A stretch of 63,421 nucleotides of DNA, counting the filler. It is 5 parts of 5 records of this genome, joined end to end, with 100 filler letters (N's around TTAATTAATTAA, not from the genome) between each part and the next. Parts side by side here need not be neighbours in the genome. Positions count along the whole stretch, not along the records: positions 1 to 19,622 come from SRR22947727_5563; 4 more parts are not named here. One strand, 5' to 3'. Within the stretch, counting starts at the first letter, position 1. Each line of letters begins with the position of its first letter. This document shows positions 1-10,261 of the stretch, one piece after another. The notes beneath the pieces were generated by a model, which saw nothing but the letters and a program-made list of their open reading frames with translations, was not told where the DNA came from and did not search any database. The translations under genes and the position numbers were made by a program.

Positions 1-36
1 CGCAGCTCCACTCGCAGCTCCACTCGCAGCCCCTAA

Positions 37-52
37 GCAATTTCCTTGCCAA
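37..52 (-). promoter_or_regulatory. sigma54 (-24/-12) consensus box, antisense to and upstream of rpoN
   Basis: Minus strand reads TTGGCAAGGAAATTGC = TGGCA-N6-TTGC with exact GG-N10-GC spacing. Confidence 0.55.
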
Positions 53-113
53 ATTGCTTGCTTCTGAACGGTGCAGGGATACACTTAATATCCCTATGGC
101 CGTTCTAAGTGGT

Positions 114-1517
114 ATGAAACAGGCGCTACAGCTCAAGCTCGGACAACAATTAGTCCTGACACCACAACTCCAGCAGGCCATCAAACTGCTGCAAATGAGC
201 ACCATTGATTTACAACAAATCATTGACGAAACGTTGGAGTCCAACGCTTTGTTGGAGCGCGATACCGACGACAATATCGAGTTACCCGATATTGATTTCT
301 CCGCCACCACCAATGCTGACGAAGATACACAAGAACTCGCTGTCGATACGACATGGGAAGACAGCCTGCCTTCCGCTGCGCCACCCCAGTCTCATCATCA
401 GACAGACCCTCATTTTGCAGAGCAGGATTCCAAAGAGAGCTCCCTACAGGACCATTTACTGTGGCAGCTCAATCTGACCCGATTTTCAGATATCGATCGC
501 GTCATCGCCCTCGCGCTCATCGATGCCATTGACGCGGATGGCCGGCTGACACAGACGCCCGAAGGCATTCACTCCGACCTGTCGATGGACGAGATCGATG
601 TAGAGGAAGTGCTGGCAGTACTGCATCGACTCCAACACTTTGAGCCTTCGGGTTTATTTGCAGAGGATTTGCGTGAATGCCTGCTCATACAACTCCGTCA
701 ACTGCCCCCAACCACACCATTTAGAGACGTTGCCGGCGCGCTAGTCAGTCGGCATCTTAGTCAGCTCCCCAAAACCCCTTTGCGCCAGCTCGCAAAAAAA
801 CTACGCGCTAAAGAATCGGAACTCGAGGGTGCGATGCAGCTGATTCGCTCACTCGACCCCGCTCCAGGCGCGAGTATTGGTGGCGAGCAAACGGGCTACA
901 TCACGCCTGATGTTTTTGTGCGACAGCACAACAACCGATGGCAGGTTGAACTCAATCCCGATATTTCGCCCAGGCTCCGCGTTAATGAACATTACGTCGC
1001 GATGCTGAGTGAGGGTTCTGCAAGTGACAGAGGCTATGCAAAAGAGCATCTACAAGAGGCGCACTGGTTTATGAAGAGCCTCCAAAGTCGCAATGAGACG
1101 CTCTTAAAAGTCGCCTCAAAAATTGTTGAGCATCAACGATCCTTTTTAGAGCAGGGTGAAATTGGTATGAAGCCCCTCATACTGGCTGACATCGCCTCTG
1201 AAGTGGAATTGCATGAATCCACCGTCTCACGAGCCACCACCCAAAAATATATGCACACCCCCCGCGGAACCTTCGAGCTGAAGTATTTCTTTTCAAGCCG
1301 CATCACCGGCGATGATGGGGAAGACGCTTCCTCTACTGCGATTAAAGCCACTGTTCGGCAATTAGTCACTGACGAAGATGTCCGCAAGCCCCTCAGTGAT
1401 GCGAGGTTATGCCTGCTACTCAAGGAGCAAGGGATGACCGTGGCGAGAAGAACCATCGCGAAATACCGAGAGCAACTTAATATCCCTCCCTCAAATGAGC
1501 GCAAACGGCTAAACTGA
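114..1517 (+). CDS. rpoN: RNA polymerase sigma-54 factor
   Basis: MKQALQLKLGQQLVLTPQLQQAIKLLQ region I, HESTVSRAT HTH, RpoN box ARRTIAKYRE; start moved to ATG 114. Confidence 0.97.
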   Translation: MKQALQLKLGQQLVLTPQLQQAIKLLQMSTIDLQQIIDETLESNALLERDTDDNIELPDIDFSATTNADEDTQELAVDTTWEDSLPSAAPPQSHHQTDPHFAEQDSKESSLQDHLLWQLNLTRFSDIDRVIALALIDAIDADGRLTQTPEGIHSDLSMDEIDVEEVLAVLHRLQHFEPSGLFAEDLRECLLIQLRQLPPTTPFRDVAGALVSRHLSQLPKTPLRQLAKKLRAKESELEGAMQLIRSLDPAPGASIGGEQTGYITPDVFVRQHNNRWQVELNPDISPRLRVNEHYVAMLSEGSASDRGYAKEHLQEAHWFMKSLQSRNETLLKVASKIVEHQRSFLEQGEIGMKPLILADIASEVELHESTVSRATTQKYMHTPRGTFELKYFFSSRITGDDGEDASSTAIKATVRQLVTDEDVRKPLSDARLCLLLKEQGMTVARRTIAKYREQLNIPPSNERKRLN

Positions 1518-1547
1518 GGACATGGCCTACCGACAAAGGAATGCGAT

Positions 1548-1835
1548 ATGAACCTCACAGTAAGCGGACACCATCTCGATGTAACGCAGGCTATTCGCGA
1601 TCACGTGGAAGATAAGCTTTCGCCGATCAAGAGGCACGAGCAGCAAATTACCCGAATAGAGGTGACGTTGATTGTCGAAAAGCACCAACACAAAGCTGAA
1701 GCGAACTTACATCTAGCCGGTGCCGATCTCTTTGCGTCCTCCGAGTCGGACGATATGTACCTCGCCATCGACTCGCTAGCGGATAAGCTCGATCGGCAGG
1801 TCATTAAGTACAAGGGAAAGCATCGAGGCCACTGA
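1548..1835 (+). CDS. hpf: ribosome hibernation promoting factor (short HPF)
   Basis: MNLTVSGHHLDVT...DMYLAIDSLADKLDRQ; follows rpoN. Confidence 0.95.
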   Translation: MNLTVSGHHLDVTQAIRDHVEDKLSPIKRHEQQITRIEVTLIVEKHQHKAEANLHLAGADLFASSESDDMYLAIDSLADKLDRQVIKYKGKHRGH

Positions 1836-1838
1836 TTG

Positions 1839-2300
1839 ATGCTCACTTCGCTCGACATGTCATCGCAACATTTTTTGACGCTCTGTCAGACATCGCTACC
1901 CAGTAAAAAACGATTATTTGAGCGTGCATCAGAAGCCATCGCAGAGACCTTCGACTTACCCAGCGAGGCCATCTATCGAGAACTGCTCGGTAGAGAAAAG
2001 CTAGGTAGTACAGCTATTGGCGAAGGGGTCGCGATACCACATTGCAGAGTCGATCTCTGCACACAGGCCGTCGGTTGCCTGCTCACGTTGGCAGATCCCA
2101 TCGATTTTTCCGCCCTCGATGACCACCCTGTCGATATCGTCTTTATTTTATTGGTCCCCAGAGAGGCCACCCAGGCGCATTTAGACTTGCTGTCTCGTCT
2201 CGCCACCCTTTTTTCCAATTCAGACATGCGTGCTGAGTTGCGAGCAGCAAAAACCACTGAAGCGCTACAACAACTATTATTGTGCGGAAACACCGCGTAA
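1839..2300 (+). CDS. ptsN: PTS nitrogen-regulatory IIA (EIIA-Ntr)
   Basis: REKLGSTAIGEGVAIPHCR phospho-His motif; rpoN operon context; exact start uncertain. Confidence 0.93.
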   Translation: MLTSLDMSSQHFLTLCQTSLPSKKRLFERASEAIAETFDLPSEAIYRELLGREKLGSTAIGEGVAIPHCRVDLCTQAVGCLLTLADPIDFSALDDHPVDIVFILLVPREATQAHLDLLSRLATLFSNSDMRAELRAAKTTEALQQLLLCGNTA

Positions 2301-3172
2301 TGCCCCGAATCATCATCATAAGCGGCAGCTCCGGAGCAGGGAAAAGTACGGCACTGAGACTACTGGAAGACGAAGGGTATTATTGTGTCGACAATTTACC
2401 CCCTCGCCTTCTGCCACATTTCATCGACGAAGTACTCGAGAGCCCATTTCACGATCGTTTTCATGGCGTCGTGGCGTGTATTGATGCGAGAGCGTTTAGA
2501 ATGGAGTCGGGCGGTCAACAGAGCGCCCTGAAGGAGCTTATTGCAATACCCGATCGCCTGATTATCTTCCTCGACGCACAGCCCTATTCGTTAATCAAAA
2601 GATTCAGCGAGACCCGTCGTCGGCATCCCCTAGCCAACAACGATAGTTCTTTACCAGAGGCTATTGCGAAAGAGCGAGAATCTCTCGAGGGCATTGCCGC
2701 CCAAGCCGATCTTCTGATTGACACGACGGATCTCACGCCCCGCGCACTCCGCGACACCATCACAACTCGGATCGTAGAGCAGCGGGATGGGCTTTCGGTC
2801 ATGATCGAATCCTTTGCCTTTAAACGAGGCGTGCCGACCGATGCAGACTTTGTCTTCGATGCCCGCGCAATCCCCAATCCCTATTGGCAAGAAGCATTAC
2901 GCCAGCTGACCGGTCAGGATACGTTAGTGAAACAGTACTTGGACAGCGAGGAGCGATGCTCAGTCTTTTATGAAAGACTGAGCGCATTTATCAGCGGCGT
3001 TGTGACTGATTTTAATCAATGTGATCGCAGCTATATGACCATCGCAATTGGTTGTACCGGTGGGCAGCATCGATCGGTCTACCTCGCCGATAAAATACAC
3101 AAGGACCTGTTGGGGGCATTTCCACATGCATTGATCAGGCACCGTGATCTAAAACATGCTGAGATAACATGA
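2300..3172 (+). CDS. rapZ: RNase adapter RapZ
   Basis: SGSSGAGKS Walker A, CVDNLP, FSETRRRHPL, IGCTGGQHRSV; TAATG overlap with ptsN. Confidence 0.95.
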   Translation: MPRIIIISGSSGAGKSTALRLLEDEGYYCVDNLPPRLLPHFIDEVLESPFHDRFHGVVACIDARAFRMESGGQQSALKELIAIPDRLIIFLDAQPYSLIKRFSETRRRHPLANNDSSLPEAIAKERESLEGIAAQADLLIDTTDLTPRALRDTITTRIVEQRDGLSVMIESFAFKRGVPTDADFVFDARAIPNPYWQEALRQLTGQDTLVKQYLDSEERCSVFYERLSAFISGVVTDFNQCDRSYMTIAIGCTGGQHRSVYLADKIHKDLLGAFPHALIRHRDLKHAEIT

Positions 3173-3438
3173 GTCAAAAACTCATCAAGGTCATTAACCC
3201 ACTGGGGCTACATGCGCGGCCTGCCGCTAAAATTGTTGAGTGCGCCGGTCGATTTTCGAGTGACATTTGGTTGCAATACAACGATAAAGAAATTGATGCG
3301 AAGAGTATTATGTCGGTATTAATGCTCGCCGCGCCCGTCGGCGCGGAACTGGGACTGCGCATTGAAGGGAGTGATGAATCACTCGCTCGTGACGCACTAG
3401 AGGGGCTTTTCGCAACGGGCTTTGGCGAATTGGAATAA
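3169..3438 (+). CDS. ptsO: HPr-family phosphocarrier NPr
   Basis: GLHARPA and DAKSIMSVLML motifs; last gene of the rpoN operon. Confidence 0.9.
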   Translation: MSQKLIKVINPLGLHARPAAKIVECAGRFSSDIWLQYNDKEIDAKSIMSVLMLAAPVGAELGLRIEGSDESLARDALEGLFATGFGELE

Positions 3439-3511
3439 GTCACAAATCCTTGCTGCTGTGTGGACCTGAGACAGTGGGTACGGATAATGGGGTCGCCAAG
3501 GGAGGCTCTAA

Positions 3512-4858
3512 GTGAATTCACCCGCTAACTTCACCAACAAAACTGAACGTCTTGATCGCGCTTTACGCTCGGGAACGTTGGGTGATGTGGCCGGCATTCT
3601 TGCTGAAATGTCGCCAGGGGACGTCGCCTACCTCATCAGCTCCTCTCCTCCTGACTACCGCTCAGTGTTACTCGGTTTGCTCAGTGCCGATCAGGAAGCC
3701 CTGGTCGTCAATGAGCTGCCGGATGAACTGCGCAGCGCAACACTGATTAATCGCGAACCAGAAGCACTCGCAGAAATCGTAGAACAACTCGATGATGATG
3801 ACGTTGCCGATATTCTGCAAGAACTGCCAGACGAGGTAACGGGTCGCGTATTGGCGATTATGGATGAACAATACCGGCAGCGATTGCAGAAGGTGCTGAG
3901 CTTTCCCGAGGATGTTGCCGGTGGTCTGATGAGTACCGATACCATCACCATTCGAGCTGATCTGACACTCGATGTGGTGCTCCGCTATCTGCGCCGGCAT
4001 AGTGAAATTCCAGCTAATACGGACAACCTCATTGTCGTCAATCGTAACGATCGATTCGTTGGCTTGCTGCCTCTTGGGACCGTGTTGGTATCCGATCCCG
4101 CTGTATCAGTCAGAGAGATGATGATTACAGATCAAGAGGCGATCGACGCAGAAACCACCGCAACAGAGGTCGCTCGTCGGTTCGAGCGCAACGATTGGAT
4201 CTCCGCGCCAGTGGTAGACAGTATGGGTAAACTACTCGGTCGGATTACTATCGACGATGTGGTCGATGTTATCCGCGAAGAGGCAGATCACTCGTTAACC
4301 TCACTAGTGGGGCTTGCCGAAGAGGATACTTTCGCACCCGTGTGGCAGTCGGCGCCGCGACGCGCTACGTGGTTAGGGATTAACTTAATCACCGCTTTAC
4401 TCGCCTCCTCGGTGATTAACTTGTTCCAAGACACCATCGAGAAGGTCGTAGCACTGGCCGTGTTAATGCCCATTGTGGCGTCAATGGGCGGGATCGCAGG
4501 TACCCAAAGCTTGACGATTCTCATTCGAGCCATGGCCATGGGCCAGATCAATGGCCGCAATCAGCTGTGGCTGGTCGGCCGTGAATCGCTGATTGGGTTA
4601 CTCAACGGTCTCCTCTGGGCAGGGGTGATCGCCATAACGGCATCACTGTGGTTTGGCGATGCCACTTTGGGTGTCATTATTGCTTGCGCGATGCTCATCA
4701 ACTTAGCGACCGCCGGGTTCGCTGGAGCGGGTCTACCGCTATTACTGCGTCGCCTACGGATAGATCCGGCACTTGCGGGCGGCGTTTTAGTGACCACCGT
4801 TACCGACGTCATGGGTTTTTTGGCTTTTTTGGGGCTGGCCGCTCTATTTTACGGCTAA
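3512..4858 (+). CDS. mgtE: magnesium transporter MgtE
   Basis: MgtE_N, two CBS domains, MGGIAGTQ and DPALAGG..TTVTD transmembrane motifs. Confidence 0.95.
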   Translation: MNSPANFTNKTERLDRALRSGTLGDVAGILAEMSPGDVAYLISSSPPDYRSVLLGLLSADQEALVVNELPDELRSATLINREPEALAEIVEQLDDDDVADILQELPDEVTGRVLAIMDEQYRQRLQKVLSFPEDVAGGLMSTDTITIRADLTLDVVLRYLRRHSEIPANTDNLIVVNRNDRFVGLLPLGTVLVSDPAVSVREMMITDQEAIDAETTATEVARRFERNDWISAPVVDSMGKLLGRITIDDVVDVIREEADHSLTSLVGLAEEDTFAPVWQSAPRRATWLGINLITALLASSVINLFQDTIEKVVALAVLMPIVASMGGIAGTQSLTILIRAMAMGQINGRNQLWLVGRESLIGLLNGLLWAGVIAITASLWFGDATLGVIIACAMLINLATAGFAGAGLPLLLRRLRIDPALAGGVLVTTVTDVMGFLAFLGLAALFYG

Positions 4859-4871
4859 GGGCAGCGAGGAT

Positions 4872-5399
4872 ATGACGGACAGCTTCGAGGAGGAAACTCA
4901 AACCCAAGATCCGAGTAAAAGTGAGCGAAAACGGCAGATGCATGCCCTCCAAGTCATGGGGGAACGGTTAGTGTCTATGCCTCAATCGGATCTTCATCTT
5001 ATTACCATTTCGGACGAACGCCTTAGCGATGCCATTGCGTTAGCACGACGCATCACGGCCCGGAGTGGATTGAAGCGGCAACTACAATACATCGGTAAAT
5101 TAATGCGATCAGTGGATGCCACGGCCATCGAGGAAGGACTCGCGTATTTAGATCAACGTAACGCCACCTCCGCGGCTGAATTTCACCGGGTCGAAGCCGC
5201 TAGAGACAAGCTTATCGAACAGGGAGACGCCGCATTGGGTGAGATCATGGCCCAGTGGCCCGGTGCTGAATCGACGTTACTGCGCCAGTGGATTAGGCAA
5301 CACCCCAAAGAAGTCAGTCAGGGGCGACAAAAAGCGCACGCCAAAAAACTCTTTCGGTATCTCGCTAACTTGGATAGTGCCGAAGATAAGTTCTCTTAA
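4872..5399 (+). CDS. yjgA: ribosome biogenesis factor YjgA/DarP (DUF615)
   Basis: SKSERKRQMHALQ, KRQLQYIGKLMR, KKLFRYL. Confidence 0.93.
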   Translation: MTDSFEEETQTQDPSKSERKRQMHALQVMGERLVSMPQSDLHLITISDERLSDAIALARRITARSGLKRQLQYIGKLMRSVDATAIEEGLAYLDQRNATSAAEFHRVEAARDKLIEQGDAALGEIMAQWPGAESTLLRQWIRQHPKEVSQGRQKAHAKKLFRYLANLDSAEDKFS

Positions 5400-8300
5400 T
5401 CTTCACTATCGTTGGCCCGCGATGAGGCGTCAAATACGCGCTCAAAAACGACTTCGGGACTCTCTAGGTCACCACGGACAGAGTACACACCACTCGACAA
5501 CTGGTTGACCTGATCTTCAAACACCTTGCTCATTAAGTAAGTGCCAGCAGCAATCGGGAGCCCTCCGGCAAGTGCAGCGACCCACGGAATATTTTCCACC
5601 AACGGCAGTGTAACGACCAATTCACCGTCAACCGTCTCAGCTATCAGATCAATATCGCTGCTAAACGAAAAATACCCTCCAGATCCTTCTATGGAGAAGG
5701 CCGGGATCGCGAGCAGTCCCTCTGCAAATTCAAAACGCCCCTTTGCCTGATCAAAGGTCACACCTGAATCGAATAGTTGATTGATATTTGCCCTCCGGAG
5801 TAATCCGGATAAATTGAGCAAACTCAACAATCTCAGGGCGCCTTCCGCTTCTGCGTTAGCCGAGGTGAAGGATCCTGACGACATCTGCAGGTCCAGGGCG
5901 CCCTTAATCGAGGCCGCTGAAAAATCAGCAGGTCCACCCTGCCAACGCCAGTCTGCTGTTAAGTTGCCACCGCGCGTCTCGACTAAAGGTGCGACGCCTA
6001 TTAATGCTAATGACTCGCCGATATCACTCAACTCAGCCGCCAATGACAACGAGGTCTCTTGTCCCTCTGGTCCGATGCGCCAACCGATTCGAGTGCTGGG
6101 CAGCCACTTGATACCCAGAAAATTACCGGTGATATCTCGAAACTCCCAGCCAGCGGATGGATCGTAATCAACCACTAACGCGATATCACCCAGACTATTA
6201 TGAGTGCGATAGATCTCGCTGACCTTCACGACAAGCGGAGTCCATTGTGGGGGCACCTCAGCGGGTGTCGGTGGTACTGCATCGACCCACTGATCAGCCC
6301 TATCGGGCAATCCATCGAGATCGAGAAAGGCAATAGAAAGCTGCCGATTCAGTGCGCCATCGAGCTGCGCCACCGCACCCCGACGAGGTAGCGTGGGCTG
6401 CTGCTGAAACGTTCCACGAAGCCAAGGTAGACTAAATTGTGCGTCCACCCTATCGACCTCAACGCTCGCCTCCAAACTCAACGCACCTAACGCTTCCCCG
6501 CGCCATTCTAATTGACCGACTCGCAGCGATTGCACGCTGACTGGCACTGTCTCAACGAACGACGGACCAGTGGATACGATCCCCCAAGATGACCACTGGG
6601 CGAGATCTAAGGAAGGCATAAAACCGGTTAGCAGCACGCCCGAATCTGGCAGCATTAAGGGCCGAGAGGCAGGCCGTGTTCTCGGTGTCACATCGATTGA
6701 AGCGATTGCGGTACCGGGGTCCGAAAAATCTGCCACCGCCGAAAATCTCCCAAACCAAAAAGCACGCCAAGCCGGTGAGGCCCGACTATTCCACTGGACG
6801 TGAACGGGTGCTCTCGATCCCGCCGCCTTACCCCAAGGTAGTGGCAGATCGACCGCAACACCCTCCAAGTCTGATTGAATATCAACGGTAACCACATCGG
6901 CGACCACCACCTTCACGATGACCGGTGCCACACCCTGTGCCGGTATGGCAACGCTCGCTGATTGCCAAGCACTGATATCAGCCACTGCCGCCTCAAACTG
7001 AAACGCTGCAGCAAGTACCGCATCGGCTCTAGTCGTTAGATGAGGACCCATTTCAACCGTGACCGGCTGCCCAAAAAGAGTCGCTGTCAAATCAGTGCTG
7101 TAAAACCCTGTCTTCGACTGATAACCGATCTGTCCAGTTAATTGATCGGCCTGAAGCGCTAATAGATCCGAGGCAATCCGCGCATTATCGAGGGTGAGGC
7201 CCACATTCACGTCTAGCGTATCCGATAGATTTTTTAGATCGAAGGAGATCCGCAGCTCGGTATCGGCATCACCCGCTATCTGAAGGTCATTCACAATCGG
7301 GTCGGCAAATGCCAGTGCAGGGAGCTGAGCTAACGTCTGCTGCAGGTCGACCGCGTTATCTCGTGAAACTGCTTGTATCGTCAGCGGTGCTGTACCGGGT
7401 GCCAACGTCATGTTCACCGCAGCGCGCTCGAGTGTTATGCCCGCGATCGTGGTTTCGGGGGTCCAAACGGTGATCTGCGTGTCGTCAATATGCAGCTGAC
7501 CACCGCCAATCAAAGCCGGCGGCCAACCCAGCTGATAGTTGAGCGACACGTCAGAGAGTTCCGCCGCAAGCTGCATAGTCTGCCCGGCATCACCATAAGG
7601 CCTGAAGCCACCATGCCAGAGGAATATCGCCTCATCGATGTGTCCAGCCGTCAGTGCTGTCTTCAACCATTCATAAGACCGCTCTGGCATTCGATAGGGC
7701 ACATAAGCGTTACGAATAGAGAGCGGCGCATCAACCACGGCGGCCGACAGACGCATGGCTAGGGGCGATGACGACCCTTTTGAGAGAGGGATATCAATGG
7801 CAAACTGCACTTTCGCCGAGTGGGCTGGTGCCTCAGCAAGAAAGAGCCCCTGTTCTAAAAACAGTGCGTCGCGCCTCCAACGGCCCGCTAATTTTCCGGT
7901 GAGCGTCGGCAATACAAAGGGATCCCGATATGCCTTCGGTAATTCAAGCTGGAAATCGGTTGAACGAATCCATGCTTGCGCGCCCCTATCGGTTGCCGCA
8001 ATTGTGGCATCGAGCCCAGCCAATCCAGGTACCTTTCGGAAGGGCCTCGTCGTTACATCGGTAACCTCGGCCTCTATCGCCCAAGCATTGAGAGGGTCAT
8101 TGAGCGCATCAATCGCCACCGTAGCGGCCTCAATCTGACCAGAAGGACTAAGCGTCTTCAGCATGCTATTCATTGACTCAGACAGTATTTGGCTCGATAC
8201 TAATACGTTGATTAAGGGTGCGATCTCGAATGACTGCGTTCGCAACTCCCATCCCTTTGCCCGCTGTGTCACCTGCAATCGAGGGATCTCCGCCTGAACC

Positions 8301-9217
8301 TGCGCCGACGCAAGCTGACCTTTCTGAATAAAGAACTGGGTAGCGTCTGCCCTGCCATCAATAGCAGCCTCAAAGTGCAGTGTTTTCAAATGAAAGGAGT
8401 CGTTATCCGCAACGCTAAGATCCTCGAATGCGCCTTGAATGACCCCATTAGCGACCCCGTCGTTCACCTGCCACCAAAAGTTAGCAATGCCATCAGCCGC
8501 CACCGAATGACCCAGTAGGGGTCCTAAGTAAGCCAGGCCTACACCCGTTAACTGACCGTGAATTTCACCAATGAACCGATCAAATAGGAGAAGATCGCCG
8601 GTACCAGAACCCTGTGCTGTCAGGAGCTGACCCTCGGGTCTCTCGACAGAGACGTTCACCGTACGACGGCTGCCTTCTCTCACCATGTCGAGTTGCACCT
8701 GCAAAGGTGCTAGAGAGAGCGTTGTATCGCCCTCCGCGATCTCGTTAATCAAGGTGGCATTGCGAATCTGAACGCTGTCGAAGGTATTTAATAGATCGCG
8801 AACATTGTCGGGTAAGCGCCATGATGCTGGTTGCCGACCGAACCTCCACGTGATTGTCGGCTCCGTTAACGTGAGCTCGTCAAATCGAAGCGCTCGACTC
8901 AGGAGACTTTGCCAGGGGTCAAGACGAATGCGCGCCGCGTTGAGCCGTATCCATCCCTCTTCATCTCCATCAACACGAATCGAAAATCGGGAGAAACTCA
9001 CTGTTGGTGAGAAACCTTCCATGCCGCCTACGATCCCAGCGACCGAGACCTCGCCCGGGATCCGTTGTGACAATGCGTGCTCTATTTCATCTTGAAAACC
9101 CGACAAAGCACCCATCAGCAATCGGCCACCACTGACATAAATAGCGAGCACGACGAGCATCATTACCATCGCGGGCCAAATAATTTGGCCCAGCCTTTGC
9201 GGCACGGATCTAACCAT
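5396..9217 (-). CDS. yhdP: YhdP / AsmA-like phospholipid transport protein
   Basis: 1273 aa, N-terminal TM anchor, C-terminal AsmA_2-like 'Y.V.G.LE.P.V'; mre-maf synteny. Confidence 0.88.
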   Translation of the reverse strand: MVRSVPQRLGQIIWPAMVMMLVVLAIYVSGGRLLMGALSGFQDEIEHALSQRIPGEVSVAGIVGGMEGFSPTVSFSRFSIRVDGDEEGWIRLNAARIRLDPWQSLLSRALRFDELTLTEPTITWRFGRQPASWRLPDNVRDLLNTFDSVQIRNATLINEIAEGDTTLSLAPLQVQLDMVREGSRRTVNVSVERPEGQLLTAQGSGTGDLLLFDRFIGEIHGQLTGVGLAYLGPLLGHSVAADGIANFWWQVNDGVANGVIQGAFEDLSVADNDSFHLKTLHFEAAIDGRADATQFFIQKGQLASAQVQAEIPRLQVTQRAKGWELRTQSFEIAPLINVLVSSQILSESMNSMLKTLSPSGQIEAATVAIDALNDPLNAWAIEAEVTDVTTRPFRKVPGLAGLDATIAATDRGAQAWIRSTDFQLELPKAYRDPFVLPTLTGKLAGRWRRDALFLEQGLFLAEAPAHSAKVQFAIDIPLSKGSSSPLAMRLSAAVVDAPLSIRNAYVPYRMPERSYEWLKTALTAGHIDEAIFLWHGGFRPYGDAGQTMQLAAELSDVSLNYQLGWPPALIGGGQLHIDDTQITVWTPETTIAGITLERAAVNMTLAPGTAPLTIQAVSRDNAVDLQQTLAQLPALAFADPIVNDLQIAGDADTELRISFDLKNLSDTLDVNVGLTLDNARIASDLLALQADQLTGQIGYQSKTGFYSTDLTATLFGQPVTVEMGPHLTTRADAVLAAAFQFEAAVADISAWQSASVAIPAQGVAPVIVKVVVADVVTVDIQSDLEGVAVDLPLPWGKAAGSRAPVHVQWNSRASPAWRAFWFGRFSAVADFSDPGTAIASIDVTPRTRPASRPLMLPDSGVLLTGFMPSLDLAQWSSWGIVSTGPSFVETVPVSVQSLRVGQLEWRGEALGALSLEASVEVDRVDAQFSLPWLRGTFQQQPTLPRRGAVAQLDGALNRQLSIAFLDLDGLPDRADQWVDAVPPTPAEVPPQWTPLVVKVSEIYRTHNSLGDIALVVDYDPSAGWEFRDITGNFLGIKWLPSTRIGWRIGPEGQETSLSLAAELSDIGESLALIGVAPLVETRGGNLTADWRWQGGPADFSAASIKGALDLQMSSGSFTSANAEAEGALRLLSLLNLSGLLRRANINQLFDSGVTFDQAKGRFEFAEGLLAIPAFSIEGSGGYFSFSSDIDLIAETVDGELVVTLPLVENIPWVAALAGGLPIAAGTYLMSKVFEDQVNQLSSGVYSVRGDLESPEVVFERVFDASSRANDSED

Positions 9218-9776
9218 GACGCATGGTCAATCCGGCGCGCTGCAACAAGTGACGTGTCTCACACAAGGGCAAACCCACCACGGCACTGTAGCTACCGACT
9301 ATTTGCTGCACAAAGGCGCCTGCATAGCCTTGTATGCCATAGGCGCCCGCCTTGTCCCAGGGTTCGTCAGTGGCCAAGTAGTCGTCGATCGTGGCGTGTG
9401 AGAGCGCGGTGAAGGTCACTGAGGTGCAAGTACAAACACATTGCACACTCCCCTCTCGTAACAGCGCGACGGCCGTATAAACTTCATGTGTGCGTCCTGA
9501 CAACGACTTCAACATCATGGTTGCCTCGTCGCGATCAACCGGTTTACCGAGTATGCGTTGTCCCAGTGCGACGGCTGTATCAGCACCCAACGTCAGATCA
9601 CTTTGACGGTCGCAGACTCTGGCTTTGCTTTCTGCCAATCGGGACACATATTGCTTAGGGGATTCCTCTAAAAGGAGCCGCTCATCAATGTCTGGCGACG
9701 CACTGTCAAAATCTGGCACTATCATCGACAGTAGTTGCTGACGTCGGGGGCTAGACGATGCGAGTGTCAGCCGCAT
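9210..9776 (-). CDS. maf: Maf-family nucleotide pyrophosphatase (YhdE)
   Basis: LASSSPRR, GADT, DKAGAYGIQG, VGLPL; start at ATG 9776. Confidence 0.95.
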   Translation of the reverse strand: MRLTLASSSPRRQQLLSMIVPDFDSASPDIDERLLLEESPKQYVSRLAESKARVCDRQSDLTLGADTAVALGQRILGKPVDRDEATMMLKSLSGRTHEVYTAVALLREGSVQCVCTCTSVTFTALSHATIDDYLATDEPWDKAGAYGIQGYAGAFVQQIVGSYSAVVGLPLCETRHLLQRAGLTMRHG

Positions 9777-10261
9777 CAAACTACGCCGTAATGACGTCGA
9801 AGTTGGCGACACACATGACGGGTGGGGATCCAGCACAACATTGATATCGCAAGACCCAACAAGCCTGTCAGCGGGAGGGTGGGCAAATCCACACCCGTTC
9901 TGAGCCAACCTTCAATACCTGAACTCAGTATCATCAGCGCCAGCATCACTAATGATTGTTGCATGCCATCAAACTGGCGAATCCGCTGGTAATTGAAAAG
10001 CAGCACCAGCGTCGCCAGCATGAGTCCGAAACACGAAATACCCAGTGGCGCTCCCTCAATTAAGTCTTGCGCCATGCCCACACCAAAGGCAGTGGCGACA
10101 CCGACTCGATTGGGTAACGCGAGAACCCAATAAAAAAGGGCGAGTGCCACAAAGTCCGGCCTGAGTATTCGCCACTCCATAGGCAGCGGCAGCAACATGG
10201 TTAGAAGCGCGACGCCCAGTGATAGGTAGATGACCCACAGCGCCTGCGTGCGTTCTATCAC
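9776..10261 (-). CDS. mreD: rod shape-determining protein MreD
   Basis: RPDFVALALFYW, hydrophobic, follows mreC. Confidence 0.92.
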   Translation of the reverse strand: MIERTQALWVIYLSLGVALLTMLLPLPMEWRILRPDFVALALFYWVLALPNRVGVATAFGVGMAQDLIEGAPLGISCFGLMLATLVLLFNYQRIRQFDGMQQSLVMLALMILSSGIEGWLRTGVDLPTLPLTGLLGLAISMLCWIPTRHVCRQLRRHYGVV

